Below are positions 51,001 to 64,000 of a stretch of 64,000 nucleotides of DNA, one piece after another. Every line of letters starts with the position of its first letter. The stretch's first letter is position 1. Made by a program: the position numbers and the translations under genes. The stretch comes from Dicyema japonicum. Lineage: Eukaryota > Animalia > Dicyemida. The DNA lies in the NCBI GenBank assembly GCA_011109175.1, contig RDEW01000028.1, positions 124,001-188,000 on the forward strand, read 5' to 3'. Below the pieces are notes generated by a model. It made no database searches. It was not told the origin of the DNA and worked only from the letters and a program-made list of their open reading frames with translations.

Positions 51001-54000
51001 AACTGCAGGCCTGATATGGGCATGATGTTCCTTGGAATAAGATTCGTTGATTACTTGTTGAAGATTAATCCCCCTTCATTTGCACTTTCGTTTCTTTTAG
51101 CATCACATCGGCATTTAAAGTCAGCAGGACAGGTCTTTGTCCGGGAACATAAACAGTTTGTTGAATTCACCAAGTCTCCTCCTACCCAATATTTCAGTTT
51201 AGTCCCCTTGTAGTCAACCATCTCTACATTATTAGACAAAACTTGAGTTTTTCCACAAATATACCACAATTCCTAAATGAATGCACCAAACTCTATAACC
51301 TGCCAACAGTTATTCAAATGTTTGAGCATCTCGTGGATCTGAATGTAGTTAGCCTTCTCATAGACTATGTTGATTGTCTCGGTGGTTGATTTAGTCATAT
51401 TAACTTTTACCTACCAATTATAGCATAATCTCACAATAGTTTCGATTACGGAGTGTTTATAATTATACTGACAGCGAACACTGAATGGATCTTGTCCTAG
51501 TGCCCCATCTGGGTCTATCGTGTTGTACTCATTCGATAAGAAATTATAACTTCTTTGAGCCTGTAAGAGTTGGTTGCAGCTTTTTTGAATAACTGAAATG
51601 ATTAGTGATATCTACAAAAGCATTCCAAATCGTGTATTTTAGCCGTTACAGGTGCGGTTATCTGTTCTGCTATAAATCCTCGGATTGGTAGCTCAGATTT
51701 ATTGATCAGATATCCTTCTAAAGATTTCTCATCCCTTTTACAAAAACAATGCGTCCCCTCGCACTGTTTATTTTCTGTAGAAATTACTACCAATAAAAAC
51801 TTGAGTTTATCCAATAATCTCCCCTTTTGTTGTAAACTGTTTTCATAAAAATGTTCCTCCCAAATTGTAATTGGCTATCCCGAGGACAATTTAATAACAC
51901 TTTTTGCCGACAATATGAGGATGCCGACGTGAGTGAGGTAAGTTGGGAAGTTCTCAAATTATTATAACTGATTGATCGATTATCAGTGACTTCCATTAGG
52001 ACCTCTTTATTTATAATCTGAATTAACAGGTGGATAAAACAGTTATTGCGTGCAGGGGGTTGAGGATGATGTGACACCACACGGAAAATGGTTTCTCTGG
52101 CCCTCTCTGTCCATCCGGGTCGATGATAAGACTGTGACTTTTTGTTGGATTAAAGTGAGATTTTATTAACTCTCTTTGGCAGTCGATCGGCAAATCTACA
52201 AAGTCTATAAATAATTTACCTAGTTGTTGGTTACTGCAGACCAAATCCCCAACAACCGCATAAAGTAGTCCATCAGAGTTTATCTTGCTCAGATTAAACG
52301 TTTTAATTCCCATAATTGGCAGACGAGTATGATCAATGATGTATCCTTCATCAATATTTTCAGAATTGACATCACACATGCATTTTTGGGTTACATCTGA
52401 TGAACATCTACTATGAAGTCCACATCCACAGGATGGGTATCCATCAGCATTACCCCAGTCTACAATTACTTATATAAAATGCCATAGTTATTATTCCCAT
52501 CCGCAGAAATCCAGCTCACATGACCAGTGATTGGGAAATTACTGCATTTCAGCTTTATGTGTTGTTTGCATGATACGAATTTCGTCATTAATTGCTAGTA
52601 CATCATATCAACCAAACCTTAATCTGAGTTAGGCTTAGAAGGTAGTTGATCTTCATGGTTAGTGACGTCGCAGAACCGAAAGTGATAATCCCAGGTCCTG
52701 ACATTATTTAACTTTAATACTTGGATTCAAAATGCTTAGACCTTCATAAGAGCAATATAACTTAAAGGGCTTAAAAGGCCCGGGACCATCGGGATCAATA
52801 TAATAATAACCGCTAGGAGGAAGCTCCCCCGACTTAACCCGGAGGAAATTGATTGTATTCAAACATGAGTCATAGATATCTCCAATAACTCAGACTTTAC
52901 CATAACATTTGATTCGTGATTCTGAGAAGATTATGCTAGGAGTATTTATTTTCACAGACGGAACCGATTTGCCCAATACCGTATATATTCTAAATTCACA
53001 AACAGCTAAAACATAGTCTGTCCGGCACAGTCGCAGGTATCAGCGTCCTCGCAAAATATTTCGCTAAGTCGTTTGACGATTCTCTCTCCCGTTGGGAATG
53101 TGACATCAATGGAATCATAATCTGACAATATTAAGGGACCATACTCTTTATTGCAGATCCACATTTAAGGTGCAATTCTTGAGTGCAATACGCAGAGTTC
53201 TTTATTATTAATAAAATGTTCTCAGTGATGCTGCTCAGAGTGTAGGCCCACCATTGCTTTAAATACATTTTCTACGAATAAATCCACTATCTACCGCTAT
53301 CTTGAAATTCATAATGGCCGCAACACCGAATTCAGTTTCCTCACAGTGGACAGGGACACTCACATTTTCTATAAAATTAGACGATTACATGCCATATTTC
53401 AGAAAGTACGTATAATTCATTGGAAAGTTCTTCATTTTGTACGACAAACAGGAGGAAAAAACATCTACGGTTGCCTAAATACTAAACCATGCTTATATTG
53501 AGCACATTCCACCGGTCCTACCAAAATTCTGCCTTCGTTTGGAATTTCACTGTGAAATGAAACGATTGGAAGACTAGACTTGTTATTCTCAATTCCAAAG
53601 TCGAAAGTATTAGCCTTACTCTAATATTATAATAAACAAAAGTGGGGGACCTCACAGTTGCATTTTCTATTACTTATGCACATCCCCGTGAAGGAACAGC
53701 CACACGACCCATTTACTGCTCTTCCACCAGGACCATAGTCGAGTTTTTTTAGTTGAGAGTAGAACCCGTCGTCTGGATTTTCGAATAAACTTGAATTCTC
53801 GAAATTAAATGTTTTGTTACCTTGCATCGATATTCTAAAAACTGAGAGCAGTACTTGTTTGAGGCAATGACTTTGGTGACGAATTGAATAGAATTAAAGT
53901 AATCGAGTTTTGTGACCTTTTCCTTTATTCTCAGAGTACCCCTATTTGTGAGTCACTAAAATGACCTTCTAATGTTCATGGATGTTATTGAATGCATCTT

Positions 54001-56753
54001 TCCGTGTATACACTTGACGTACTCTGGCTGAACATTTCCACTAGAGTCCCCATCACTCCCATCGGGGTCAATTAAGGTTACCATCTCTGAGTCTCTGGTT
54101 GTTTGTTTGACCTCATCGCAATTCGATAAAATCCCTAATCTTTCATAAACTCGATTCACCAAATTGTCTGGACCCGCATTCAAGGCTATCCAACAGAACC
54201 TCATAATTTGAATTCTTGTCCTTGATATTCCCGGTAATCCCTGTAATTGGGAAGATTTTCTTGTCAATCATCAATCCCTGGTCCACTGTCCGTTCGACTC
54301 CGTGGTTAACGCAATTGCAGGGACTTTTCTTGTTAACACATGACTCATCGTATCCACATGGGCACTGAGTATTAGATTTACATTTACAAGTAACTCTGAT
54401 TTCGATCCAAGGGCATAAAAACTTTGGTCCCTCGCATTTGTGAGTGAGATGTCTGACAAATTCGATACCTTTCCTTTACAAACATATCTAACCACGTGTA
54501 ATTGTTATTTACCTTATTTTCTGTGAACAGAATACTGACGAATTCACAATCATCTGAACAGCCGGCAGATTCAACGAGTACTCCACCTTCGTAATAGTTT
54601 TTTGGATTCCGATAATCAACCTATGCGTTTTTACGAAAATCACGGATATTCCGATTCCATCACGGAAAACGCATTTTACCTATATTCAGTTTAAAATCAA
54701 CCATTTCAGCTTTATCATTGATTCTAACATTGTAGTACCCATCTCTTGGAGTCTTCACATTCTTGACAACATCATCACAGGATCCGTACAATTCTTACGA
54801 ATTTTAATCAATCGAACTTTCACATTTTCCGTTAGCATTTCGTCTCCCGTACTTGCATTTGCAAAGATATCCAGGGACAGTGTCGACGCATACTTCTTCC
54901 TCCTCACAAATATTGGACTTGCACTCATTTATATCTTTGACTCAAATATAAGATTTACTTTTGCACTCATTTTTGCCGTCCCCTTCAAATCCGACTCTGC
55001 ACTCGCAAAAGTGATTAGCACAATCCGCCAATTTGTGGCAGTCCTTATGAGACCAACAATAATTATTTTCTATTTAAAGATTTATATTTTACTAATGCAG
55101 ATTCCGTTCACTAATTCATACCCCTCGTTACATTTGCACGTGTATGACCCAATCGTGTTTAGGCAGTACGAATTTTCAGGACATTCCACAGAAGAACATT
55201 CGTTAATATCTACGATTCACAGTATTGTTCACCTCCGCAGTATTTGCTTCCATCCCCGTTGAACCCCTCTCGGCACCTGCAGGACCCAAAATGACACATC
55301 CCATATTCGCCATTGCAATCGCCGTCGTTCACACAGTGTTTTAATTCTAAGCACATAAAAGTGGTAATCTCCACCATATTCGCAAATGTAAGAATTTTGT
55401 TGGCTGCAGTCATCACTAACTGTGCTATGGTTTTCAATGGCATTGCAGAGTCCGTTCTTAGGGACAAGATCTTCACTTGATAAAATTGAAAACCTATCCA
55501 CAATTTTGTAGACTTGTGTAACTTCAATATTTTGGAGTAAAATTCTACATCCCCCATGACTCTTACGCTGGCTAATGTCATCCCCCACTTTGTGCAGTTG
55601 TTTACGCTATTTTGAAAAGTATTTGTATTAACAGCTTCTTGAAGACACTTATCTCCAAATCTAAGCTCGTGGGTTGGACACACTTTGAAATCTACGTTGA
55701 CTAATTTCACGCACATTTGACCGATTTCTTGCATATCGATTGCTTGTGGTCACTGCACACGGAAGGCGAAAATGTCCCGTTCATATAATGATAACATTTC
55801 TTGTTTGTGGGGGTATTCAAACTGTAAACTGGACCGTTTATAAATTTCACGTGGTTATTTGTTTGTAACACGTATCCTCCTTGAAGTCCAACCCAATAGG
55901 AGACATCGGAGTCACTAGAAAATTAATAGGTTTTAGACATTATCCCCCGAGAGGATAGTTCAGTCGATATGTCATCGTCAAACGATGCCAAGTCTCCCCC
56001 ATGTAAGTTACAATAGTAGAATCCAGAGAGATAATCAAATTCGTGTTTAATGGCAACATAGCAACTCCCATTAATAAGAACCCACCCATATGGACAGACG
56101 TGGGTCATCAAGGTATCTAAAATAACTTGTGTGTGTACTTATTTCACAAATAAATAATTTAGGAGTCCTGCAGTCTCCAACCCCAAATTTACCGTTATTC
56201 CCATCCAAGTATCCACATGTTTGGTTTTTTGACGAATTCTCCTCTCGTAGTTTGTTAACCCCTCCGTTTTTCCAGTATAATTTATCTAACTTATGATGAC
56301 CATTACTTATTATTAGATCTTTCCTGAGTCCAACCCAAAAGCTTTCATTTTTGTTAACAGCCTGTATGCTTTTAAAGATCTTTTCGTAATTAGTGGGGTC
56401 CGACAGGGATGCCAGACTTCCGTTGCAGGAATCATAAGCTTCTTGGTAAGTTTGTTTTTGCGAGTAAATTCTGTAGCAAATTCCGTTAAATTCCTCATAG
56501 TAAGGGGGACATTGAGCTATTGAATAAACTCACAAGTAACCATGACACCCAGTATGATTCGACCCCTTCTTCCCATCTCCTCGTAAGCCATGTTTGCATA
56601 TACACTCGAAATTACTGTCATCAATATTGACACATTTGGCAAGACTGTGACACGTGAAGGTGGCATGTATTGAACACAAGGAGTGGTCGTTGTGAATCGT
56701 AGACAAGACTTATAAATATTAAATTCCTTACAAATAATAAAAATGAATATCAT
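48024..56753 (-). CDS. Giant secreted mosaic protein (~2,500 aa): signal peptide, EGF, 3x C-type lectin, EGF array, about 7x Caspr-type fibrinogen-like modules, EGF, VWD-C8-TIL, cbEGF tail
   Basis: Where traced, removing 20-28-nt introns gives a continuous frame (roughly 40-50 introns, not all traced). Motifs: [18 protein letters not shown] (lectin), DINEC (cbEGF), IDPDG and C-x-C..C..C-x-C (Caspr module), [13 protein letters not shown] (VWD), C8 and TIL cysteine patterns. Stop ends at 48024; no transmembrane segment seen. Confidence 0.88.
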
Positions 56754-57104
56754 TAACACTAATATTGATACATTGTGTTATATATTAATAAACCATATGC
56801 TGCCTGCTTAATCAATTAGTGTCAATTACTGTTTTTTTGTCATCAGGTGGGACATTATTTCCAGTAAATTATATACATCTACTGCTCAGAAAATAACCAA
56901 TCATGTAACATGTGTCTAATTACGACAGAATGCAATATGCTCAGTTATAAAAACAATATCAATCAGACTTGCCTGTTGTCACAAATCTATTTCAACTTTG
57001 ATGACCTTAATGAATTCCCTCTCATAAACGAATCACAAAGTTTAAAAGATTATAATCATTAAATAATCACATTACTATTTTTGGTGAGGTTTCTTAATTG
57101 GATC

Positions 57105-58150
57105 ACAGTTGAGAAAAATGTCTAGAAAGCAAAGGATACAAAGGGATGCATCTCGTCTAAAGCTCCTTACGTTCAATGCTAGAAGCTTATCTACGACCTG
57201 GTCGAGGAAGATTCTCTGTGACGACTTGGAGAGATATGACGTATCCATTGCGTGCCTACAAGAGACGAAAGTTACTTGTAGCCTTGATGAGAGTCATGGT
57301 GAATATCGAATAATATGTATACCGAGTGACTCAAAATATTATGGACTTGGATTTGCCATCCATTCAAAGTTGACAAGTGCAGTCCACCGTACATGGAGTG
57401 TAAATGACAACATCTGTGTTATACAAATCTGTCTAAACGACTTTCCTCCTTCGAAGAGCTTCTGACAATTATAAATGTTTATGAGTCACACTGCGGGAGA
57501 GTAGTGAAAGATCCGACAGAACTAGACGACTTCTATTCAGCACTGTTACGGACGTACATCAAATTTGAGTCGTCATCACTAATACTCATTGCTGGGGATT
57601 TGAATGCGAAAATCGGGATGAAGAATAACCCGGATGATGTTTTCTTAGGAGAACATGGACGTGGAATAAGAAACCTACCCAGGACAATACTTGGTCACTT
57701 TTGTATGGCAAACAACTTTTTCCTATGTAATACTGCATTTACGCATCCTGCCACAAAACTACGTGGATGGGGAAGCGAAGGAACTCAGAGGGAAAGCTGG
57801 TCCCAATATACAATCAAATAGATTATGTCATACGCCGGGCTAAAGACAAACACCTTCTAGTAAACGCACGTTCATATGAAGGCTCGACGACTGTCAGCGA
57901 CCACAAGATGGTTATTGCGACCTTCACTCTGAAAAAACATGCCATCAAATGCAAGAATGCCAAAAATCACGAATTTGAGAAAATCAGAGGCGACTGAAAG
58001 GCTGATTTCCCAACCGGAGACTACTGAGAGATGTCAACAATACATTCAGACTCATATGCAGAACGCATTGGTGGATACCTCGTTAGAAGACGCTTGGAAA
58101 CGCAAAAAAACACCATCAACGAAGCTGCTGAGGCATGTCTTGGCAAAAAG
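57105..58150 (+). mobile_element. RTE-like LINE 5' fragment (APE endonuclease plus linker)
   Basis: LLTFNARSL, IACLQETK, AGDLNAKIG, YNQIDY and VSDHKMV motifs. Followed at 58150-58290 by a 3' end resembling the 8980-10135 LINE. Confidence 0.8.
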
Positions 58151-58429
58151 AAAAATTCAGGCAGCCGTCCTGTACGTTCATGCTCGGGCACTAAGGAGAA
58201 CACCGAGAAAAGATGAGATCGCTGTTAGAATGCATCGGGATCACGTGATGATTAGTTTGGTTTTTACCGTTGTCTTGGGTTGTTAAATAAAAAAATAATT
58301 ACCTTCGCAAACAGAAAGGCAGCAAATTATTTTTTCGGATTATTGAGGGTTTACTGTATTGGAATGAGGAATACTATATTCTGAAGACAAACATATAGAA
58401 ATAGCCATAGCTAACAATTATTATTATTA

Positions 58430-59522
58430 CAGTGCGACCCCGAATTGGGGAAATTTTGAGGTTTTCCCCAAAAAAGAGGGTTTTCCTTAAATTTGGGTCT
58501 ACCCTGTTCGATATACTACCTTAATAATATAACCAAGATGGATAATTACAATTTTTATATTTTAATAAAAAAATCTGTTAATTTTCGCATCAAACTCATA
58601 ATATTTGCTTTGAATTGTTTAGATCAATGACATTTTCTGGAGTCTCTTGCTTAATAACATTTAGCAGCATTGTGAATACACATTTCGCATTGTTTATAAC
58701 TTGTCGATCATCCAAACGTTCCAGAAATTGTTCGCTGCAGTCCTCTTCATCACTGCTAGTATCATCTTAGAAGCTCTCCAAAATCGCATTTTCCACAATT
58801 TCCGAATCAATCTGACTTTCTCAGGTGTCCTCTTTTTCCAGACAGTCATATTCCAAAGCCTTTTCAAAGCAATGTCGTATTGAAGTTTCTGTAATCTCCC
58901 CCATTCCAATTTCGAACATGAATAGCATCCAATATTGTGATTCCCTTTATTGCTTCAACAATTTGAGCTACAGGAATTTTATCATGGATAATCGTTTTCA
59001 TCATCCAATAATTGAAATGATTCTTAAATGCCTGTATTATCCCTTGGTCTTAAGGCTGAATTAAGGAAGTTGTGTTTTTTAGAAAAAATTATATTACGTC
59101 TACGTTTGAATATTGGGCAGAAACAGCATGACAAGTTGCATTGTCAATTAATAATGCTATTTTTTTTCTCCCTCATTTCCTCGTTAAATCAAGATAACCA
59201 ATTTTCAAAAATATTTTTTGTCATCCAGACTTTTAAAATTATTCTTTTTAAAGTTATTCCTTACCAGGTTAATTAGTTAACTAACCAAGTTAGTTTTCAA
59301 AATTATTGATACAGGTTAGAATAAATAAATAATAACAAATCAAAAATTATAGAAATATTAATCGTTTATGATAATATAAAATTTTTCTCCAGTAGGGGGT
59401 TTATTTCTTTAAAAATCATCGTATTTTATAGGGATGTCGAAAATATTCCCCCAAAAGCAAGGTTTTCCCAAAAAAAGAAAGTTTCCCCGCTACTTGGGTT
59501 TCGCTAATTCGGGGTCGTACTG
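58430..59522 (-). mobile_element. Internally deleted pogo/Tigger-like DNA transposon
   Basis: TIRs CAGTGCGACCCCGAATT / CAGTACGACCCCGAATT with TA TSD; DDE remnant IALLIDNATCH..NTTSLIQP*DQGIIQAFKNHF. Confidence 0.9.
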
Positions 59523-59524
59523 TA

Positions 59525-60063
59525 TTAACCCCAGACTTACCATTGTAAGCCTAGCACAAACAGTCATAACTAACTAATCCAAGGAAGGAATCAAATTGAG
59601 AACAGCTGCTTGTGCCGACCAAATCCATCTTCCAATACTTCATTACAGGTTTCTGCTTGCGAAGAGAGATGGGGAAGTAAGTCCGCCTTCTTCCATTTTT
59701 GTCCCACGTCCTACCGTCGAGGACCAGCACAAACAGTCATAACTAACTAATCCAAGGAAGGAATCAAATTGAGAACAGCTGCTTGTGCCGACCAAATCCA
59801 TCTTCCAATACTTCATTACAGGTTTCTGCTTGCGAAGAGAGATGGGGAAGTAAGTCCGCCTTCTTCCATTTTTGTCCCACGTCCTACCGTCGCGGACATC
59901 ACTTTATTATTTAGCGGAATAGTTTTAATAATGCAATCTACATAGGATTTGGTTAGGGAGAAATGTAGGAAGATCTCTTTTAACTACTGTGTCGTGCCAG
60001 AAGAACTCGTCGCCTCACGGGTAAGATCTGTTTGACAAGAGTTGACCTTCGCTGAAAACTCCA
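59525..60063 (-). mobile_element. SINE family 1, copy B (headless, locally duplicated)
   Basis: Homologous to 770-1130; its (TAA)n tail continues on the far side of the pogo element (about 58415-58429). Confidence 0.8.
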
Positions 60064-60079
60064 TCTGTCTTCTGGAGAA

Positions 60080-60945
60080 ATATCACGGTTTAATTGACTT
60101 TCCGAATCGTCAGTTTATTGTACTACTGAGAAATGTCTACAATCCCAAATCTGAGGTGGACAATGTAACCATTCGAGGTTTTAGCTGGAATCAGGCGGTC
60201 ACTTAGTTTTTTATTATTCGAGAAGAGTCTCCCCTTTTTCAACATTGAATTAAACTTTGAAATGATTGAAAAACTACCTCTTCACATGAATTCCAAGAAG
60301 TAGACTAGTTAATAATTCTAAGTTGTTCGAGCATCTAAAGACTATCAAAGATAGATAACCTTAGTGTCTTTTTCGAGATTTTCCATGATCAGATCAAAAT
60401 GTTCACCCTTTAATAAGAGCCCATTCGGATGGTTATTCATAAATCCTCCTTTTTATACGGCGAATAAACATTCAGATTTTCCCCTTTACTGAAAAATTTT
60501 GTAATCTCCTTAAATTCGTATTTCTCTGGAAAATTGATATTCTCAGGGTTATTCACAACCATAAAAGACTCACTTTTATTTTTCATCTAAATTCAATATC
60601 TCTATAATAAACTTCATAACTATAGATTCCGTATAGTTGTGTAAGTAAATTGTCATTGTCGAATAAAATATTCTGAAAACTCAAAAAAATAATCTACCAT
60701 AGTCATCAAATAATGTTTCGAGAATGTTTAATTCACATTCGGAAATAGTTTTTACTACTAAATTCCCGTTGGATATTGTAAATAATGTTGATTCATCATT
60801 TTCAGGATTTTGGAATAACTTCCAAGAACAAGCCAAAGAGATCTAAAGTGAATCATTTAATATTTTGAAGGTCTCGATATTATTGACAATAATAGACATA
60901 TTTTGTTGAAAAACAAGAGAGATGTAATCAGTATTGTTAAATCCT
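60080..60945 (-). pseudogene. Phosphatidylinositol-phosphate kinase (PIP5K/PIP4K family) pseudogene retaining micro-introns
   Basis: Across frameshifts: DYISLVFQQ, LVVKTISECE, LLTQLYGIY, FMVVNN, KYEFK, HPNGLLL, IIN(Y)SLLLGIH and IPAKTSNG..LRFGIVDISQ*Y, colinear with the PIPK catalytic domain. At least three frameshifts and internal stops. Invisible in the ORF track. Confidence 0.75.
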
Positions 60946-61469
60946 AATATAAGATAATTTTGACTTTTGTGCTTCTATAATTACTCGGGCTTCGGACGGA
61001 TTTTTTTAAATTTGATACATTTCCCTATGCGGCCTACGGCTGCGTAATGCTTAATTCTTTTTTCCCTAATTTGGTTATAAGCAAAGATTTTATTTAACAA
61101 TTTTTTAAGTCTTTTTTATGTACTTTAGTTTTTTATTCATCTTCTTGTATAACGACCGACAAGTTGAAAACCGACATACAGAGAATTGATTGACCACATT
61201 CCGTAATATGTTACGTTTGATAACAAAAAATTCTTAACGACACAACTGCTCCAAAGTGTTTTGGGCACAATGTCGAGACCGATGAAGTTCTTCGGCAAGC
61301 AAATTCATCTTGGTTTCATCATCTAGAGAAATGACGAGTTTTGGGTTGTCGTACCGATTTTTTATATATAAAGATCCGTCTAATATATCGAAATATTGTG
61401 ATTTTTGAGTTATCCAGAATTAATTTTTTTCACTAAAAATATAATATTTTAATTTTTTTAAATATGGAA

Positions 61470-61780
61470 ACCAGATCTCAAAAGTATCCCATGCATGTGG
61501 CCTAGATGGGTTACCATTAATCAGCTTTAAGCATCTTGACTGCGAGCAAAGGCTGCATTAACAGATTTGTACAATTATTTTATCAATACACACGTTCTCT
61601 TAAAAATTCGGGAGAACACGCCTATTCTGAAAACAGAAAAGTCAAAAGAAAACCCTGCTTCGTATCATCCGGTCTCCATACATGCAAAATATCAAAAGTG
61701 TTAGAATAACTTGTTCTAAAGATAATTTTTCAGGATCAGCTTCAAATTTATCAGCGATGGTTTCAGCAAACCAAAAACTC
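61470..61780 (+). mobile_element. LINE RT N-terminal remnant
   Basis: ACGLDGLPLISFKHL and PILKTEKSKENPASYHPVS motifs. Confidence 0.5.
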
Positions 61781-61789
61781 ATATGCGGA

Positions 61790-64000
61790 TAGCCTTGCTT
61801 TCTGTGGACATAGGAAAGTTATTAACTCTATATCGTAGTCTCTGACTCTGCTACCAAAAATAATGTTTTCAACACACCAAAAACTCATATGCGGATAGCC
61901 TTGCTTTCTGTGGACATAGGAAAGTTATTAACTCTATATCGTAGTCTCTGATTCTGCTACCAAAAATATTTTTGAAACTTGTAATAAAATCCGAATATAA
62001 AAATGTGACTGAGTAACTTTCCGAGCAACATGGGAATAATACGGTACGGCGAACACAACTCAATTTGCCGAACGGTTTACCACAAGGACTCCCACTTTCC
62101 TCTACATCACTCAAACTGTTATTATCAGTCATTCAAATTTCAATGATCCAGACGTGCTGTTACTGCTTGATGAAATTATTATCGCCGTTAGGAACAGACC
62201 CCCATCCTAGCTGAACAATCTCTTCGTACTTATATATGTAGACGATTTCTTTGTTATTTTTTATTTAAAATGTTCGGGTAGGCAATTTCACTTCTCTTTA
62301 GAGTAGATCAGTTTTCCATAATGGTACAGGTAGTTTATCATTATGTTTCTTATTCCCAGGCTCCTTCGGTCAATTTCACTCGTTCTTAAGAGAAATCTCG
62401 GAAAACTGACCAGCTAAGTGGAAACGACATCATGTAGCGGCTCCATCCACCAAACTGACATTGTAGCTTATGAACACTCCAGATGATCTTTTCGTTTCGA
62501 GGTTGATCGTCACCATCCATGCTCCTTCGGTCAATTTCACTCGTTCTTAAGAGAAATCTCGGAAAACTGACCAGCTAAGTGGAAACGACATCATGTAGCG
62601 GCTCCATCCACCAAACTGACGTTGTAGCTTATGAACACTCCAGATGATCTTTTCGTTTCTAGGTTGATCGTCACTATCTGAGGAAAGTAATCACTTTCTA
62701 TCTCTCAAAATATCGTTTGGAGCTTTATGTGCTCCATAAAAGAAGAGAAACAATAAATTCTCCGAGTGTATATTTTCTATAAGATCGTTTTGATTTTTCA
62801 GACATCATTACCTTGAATCCATGCTGGTCAGATACCTTCTTTGGTAATCGTCCATCTTAGTTCGTCTCCCGTACCCAAAACTCTTATATTTGAAGTTAAA
62901 GTCCTTAATCACAATTGACTCTTTAATATAACTGAACTAATTTTAAATCTCTTCCGCGTACTTCTTCAAGTTTTTTGAATACAGTTCATCAATAGAAATC
63001 CACCTATCGGACCAGAATACTTTGATCGCCAGAAATTCATAAAACATCGAGGCAATTATCCTCAGATCTCTAACTCGAAGAGCCGATCGTCGAAAATAGA
63101 CGTCACAGTCTCCACTAAAGTTTTACTTTTCAGCAATCACTCACCCCTCTGCCTCTCGTATTTTAAACTATTATCATCTGGTCTTCACACAGAGGCCGCT
63201 GCTTTCATAGGTACTAGGCAGACCCAATAGCTCGCTCCGTGAATGATCGAACCGCACTTGATATTTGATCTCCCGTTTGTTTATACCGGGCACTCGGGAA
63301 GATTATGCGGTCTTCCACAGCGAAGGCAGCTTGGCCAGTTCAAGGTTTTGCTAGGACAGTTCAGGGTTTTGCTAGGACATATCTGGAACACTTAGTTTAC
63401 TAGTTATGGTCATTTGGAATAAATTCATAAAATAACGATAAAATTAATTTATAATTTTAAATAAATTGAGATTATAGTATAAATGTTTGAAGGACATACG
63501 ATTAAACTAATAAAGTCGATTATTATGACGAGGTCCCCTACGTAATGGGAGTCACCCTTCATGATCACGGGTCTAATGTTCTGGAAGAGCCATCGTATCA
63601 GTATAGACTCCCCATTCGGCAGTTTTGTAAGCCAGTTGATTGACCTGATAAAGTCAGACATGCTCGGACCAAACATGTCAGACGTCTAAATGGAGATTGG
63701 CTAGAATGCGAACCGATCCCTAATGGTACAGTACTTTATCCTTTTCAAATCTTCAGCAGTATTCGCTGTAGATCTTTTCCGAAACGATGACTTGAGCTGA
63801 TTCTCGTTAGAGTAAGTTCCGTGCAGGTTGAATTCCATTAAAACAGTATTCATTTGCATTGTGAAAGATTGAAAAATTTCGAAAATCATGAAATTTGTAC
63901 TGCAAAATCAAGATTACTCAGTTCCAAATACGCGTGGAAGGATTCGAAACTGGATATTTGTCTCAAGGATATATCACACCACAGATTCTAAGAAAGAATG
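61790..64000 (-). mobile_element. Heavily degraded LINE remnants (endonuclease-like fragments)
   Basis: IVIKDFN and LMEFNLHG resemble the GDFN motif; no intact ORF; two local duplications. Confidence 0.35.

Overview
AT-rich eukaryotic (metazoan) genomic scaffold, not prokaryotic. Host genes are extremely compact: spliceosomal introns are almost all 20-28 nt and one divergent gene pair is only 52 bp apart. This resembles reduced parasitic animals such as myxozoans, dicyemids or orthonectids, but the taxon cannot be fixed from the sequence alone. Genes reconstructed by manual splicing: a Raf-like kinase, MTRFR/C12orf65, THG1L, GCAT, POC1, a Rab1-like GTPase, MRPL30, and an ~8.7-kb gene for a giant secreted mosaic protein (EGF, 3 C-type lectin, about 7 Caspr-type fibrinogen-like modules, VWD-C8-TIL, cbEGF). 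There is also a frameshifted PIP-kinase pseudogene and two weak orphan gene candidates. Between the gene islands lie decayed, often nested transposons: RTE-like and other APE-type LINEs, CRE-like and R4-like RLE retrotransposons, two tRNA-derived SINE families, hAT, Merlin, MULE and pogo elements, several with intact TIRs and TSDs. More than 20 near-exact tandem duplications, many at single Ns, and two N gaps look like assembly artefacts. The most novel-looking items are the mosaic protein, the length-defined micro-intron system (including a probable GG-AG intron), the truncated non-RD Raf, a SINE/RTE-LINE shared 3' end and a 2A-like motif in a LINE.
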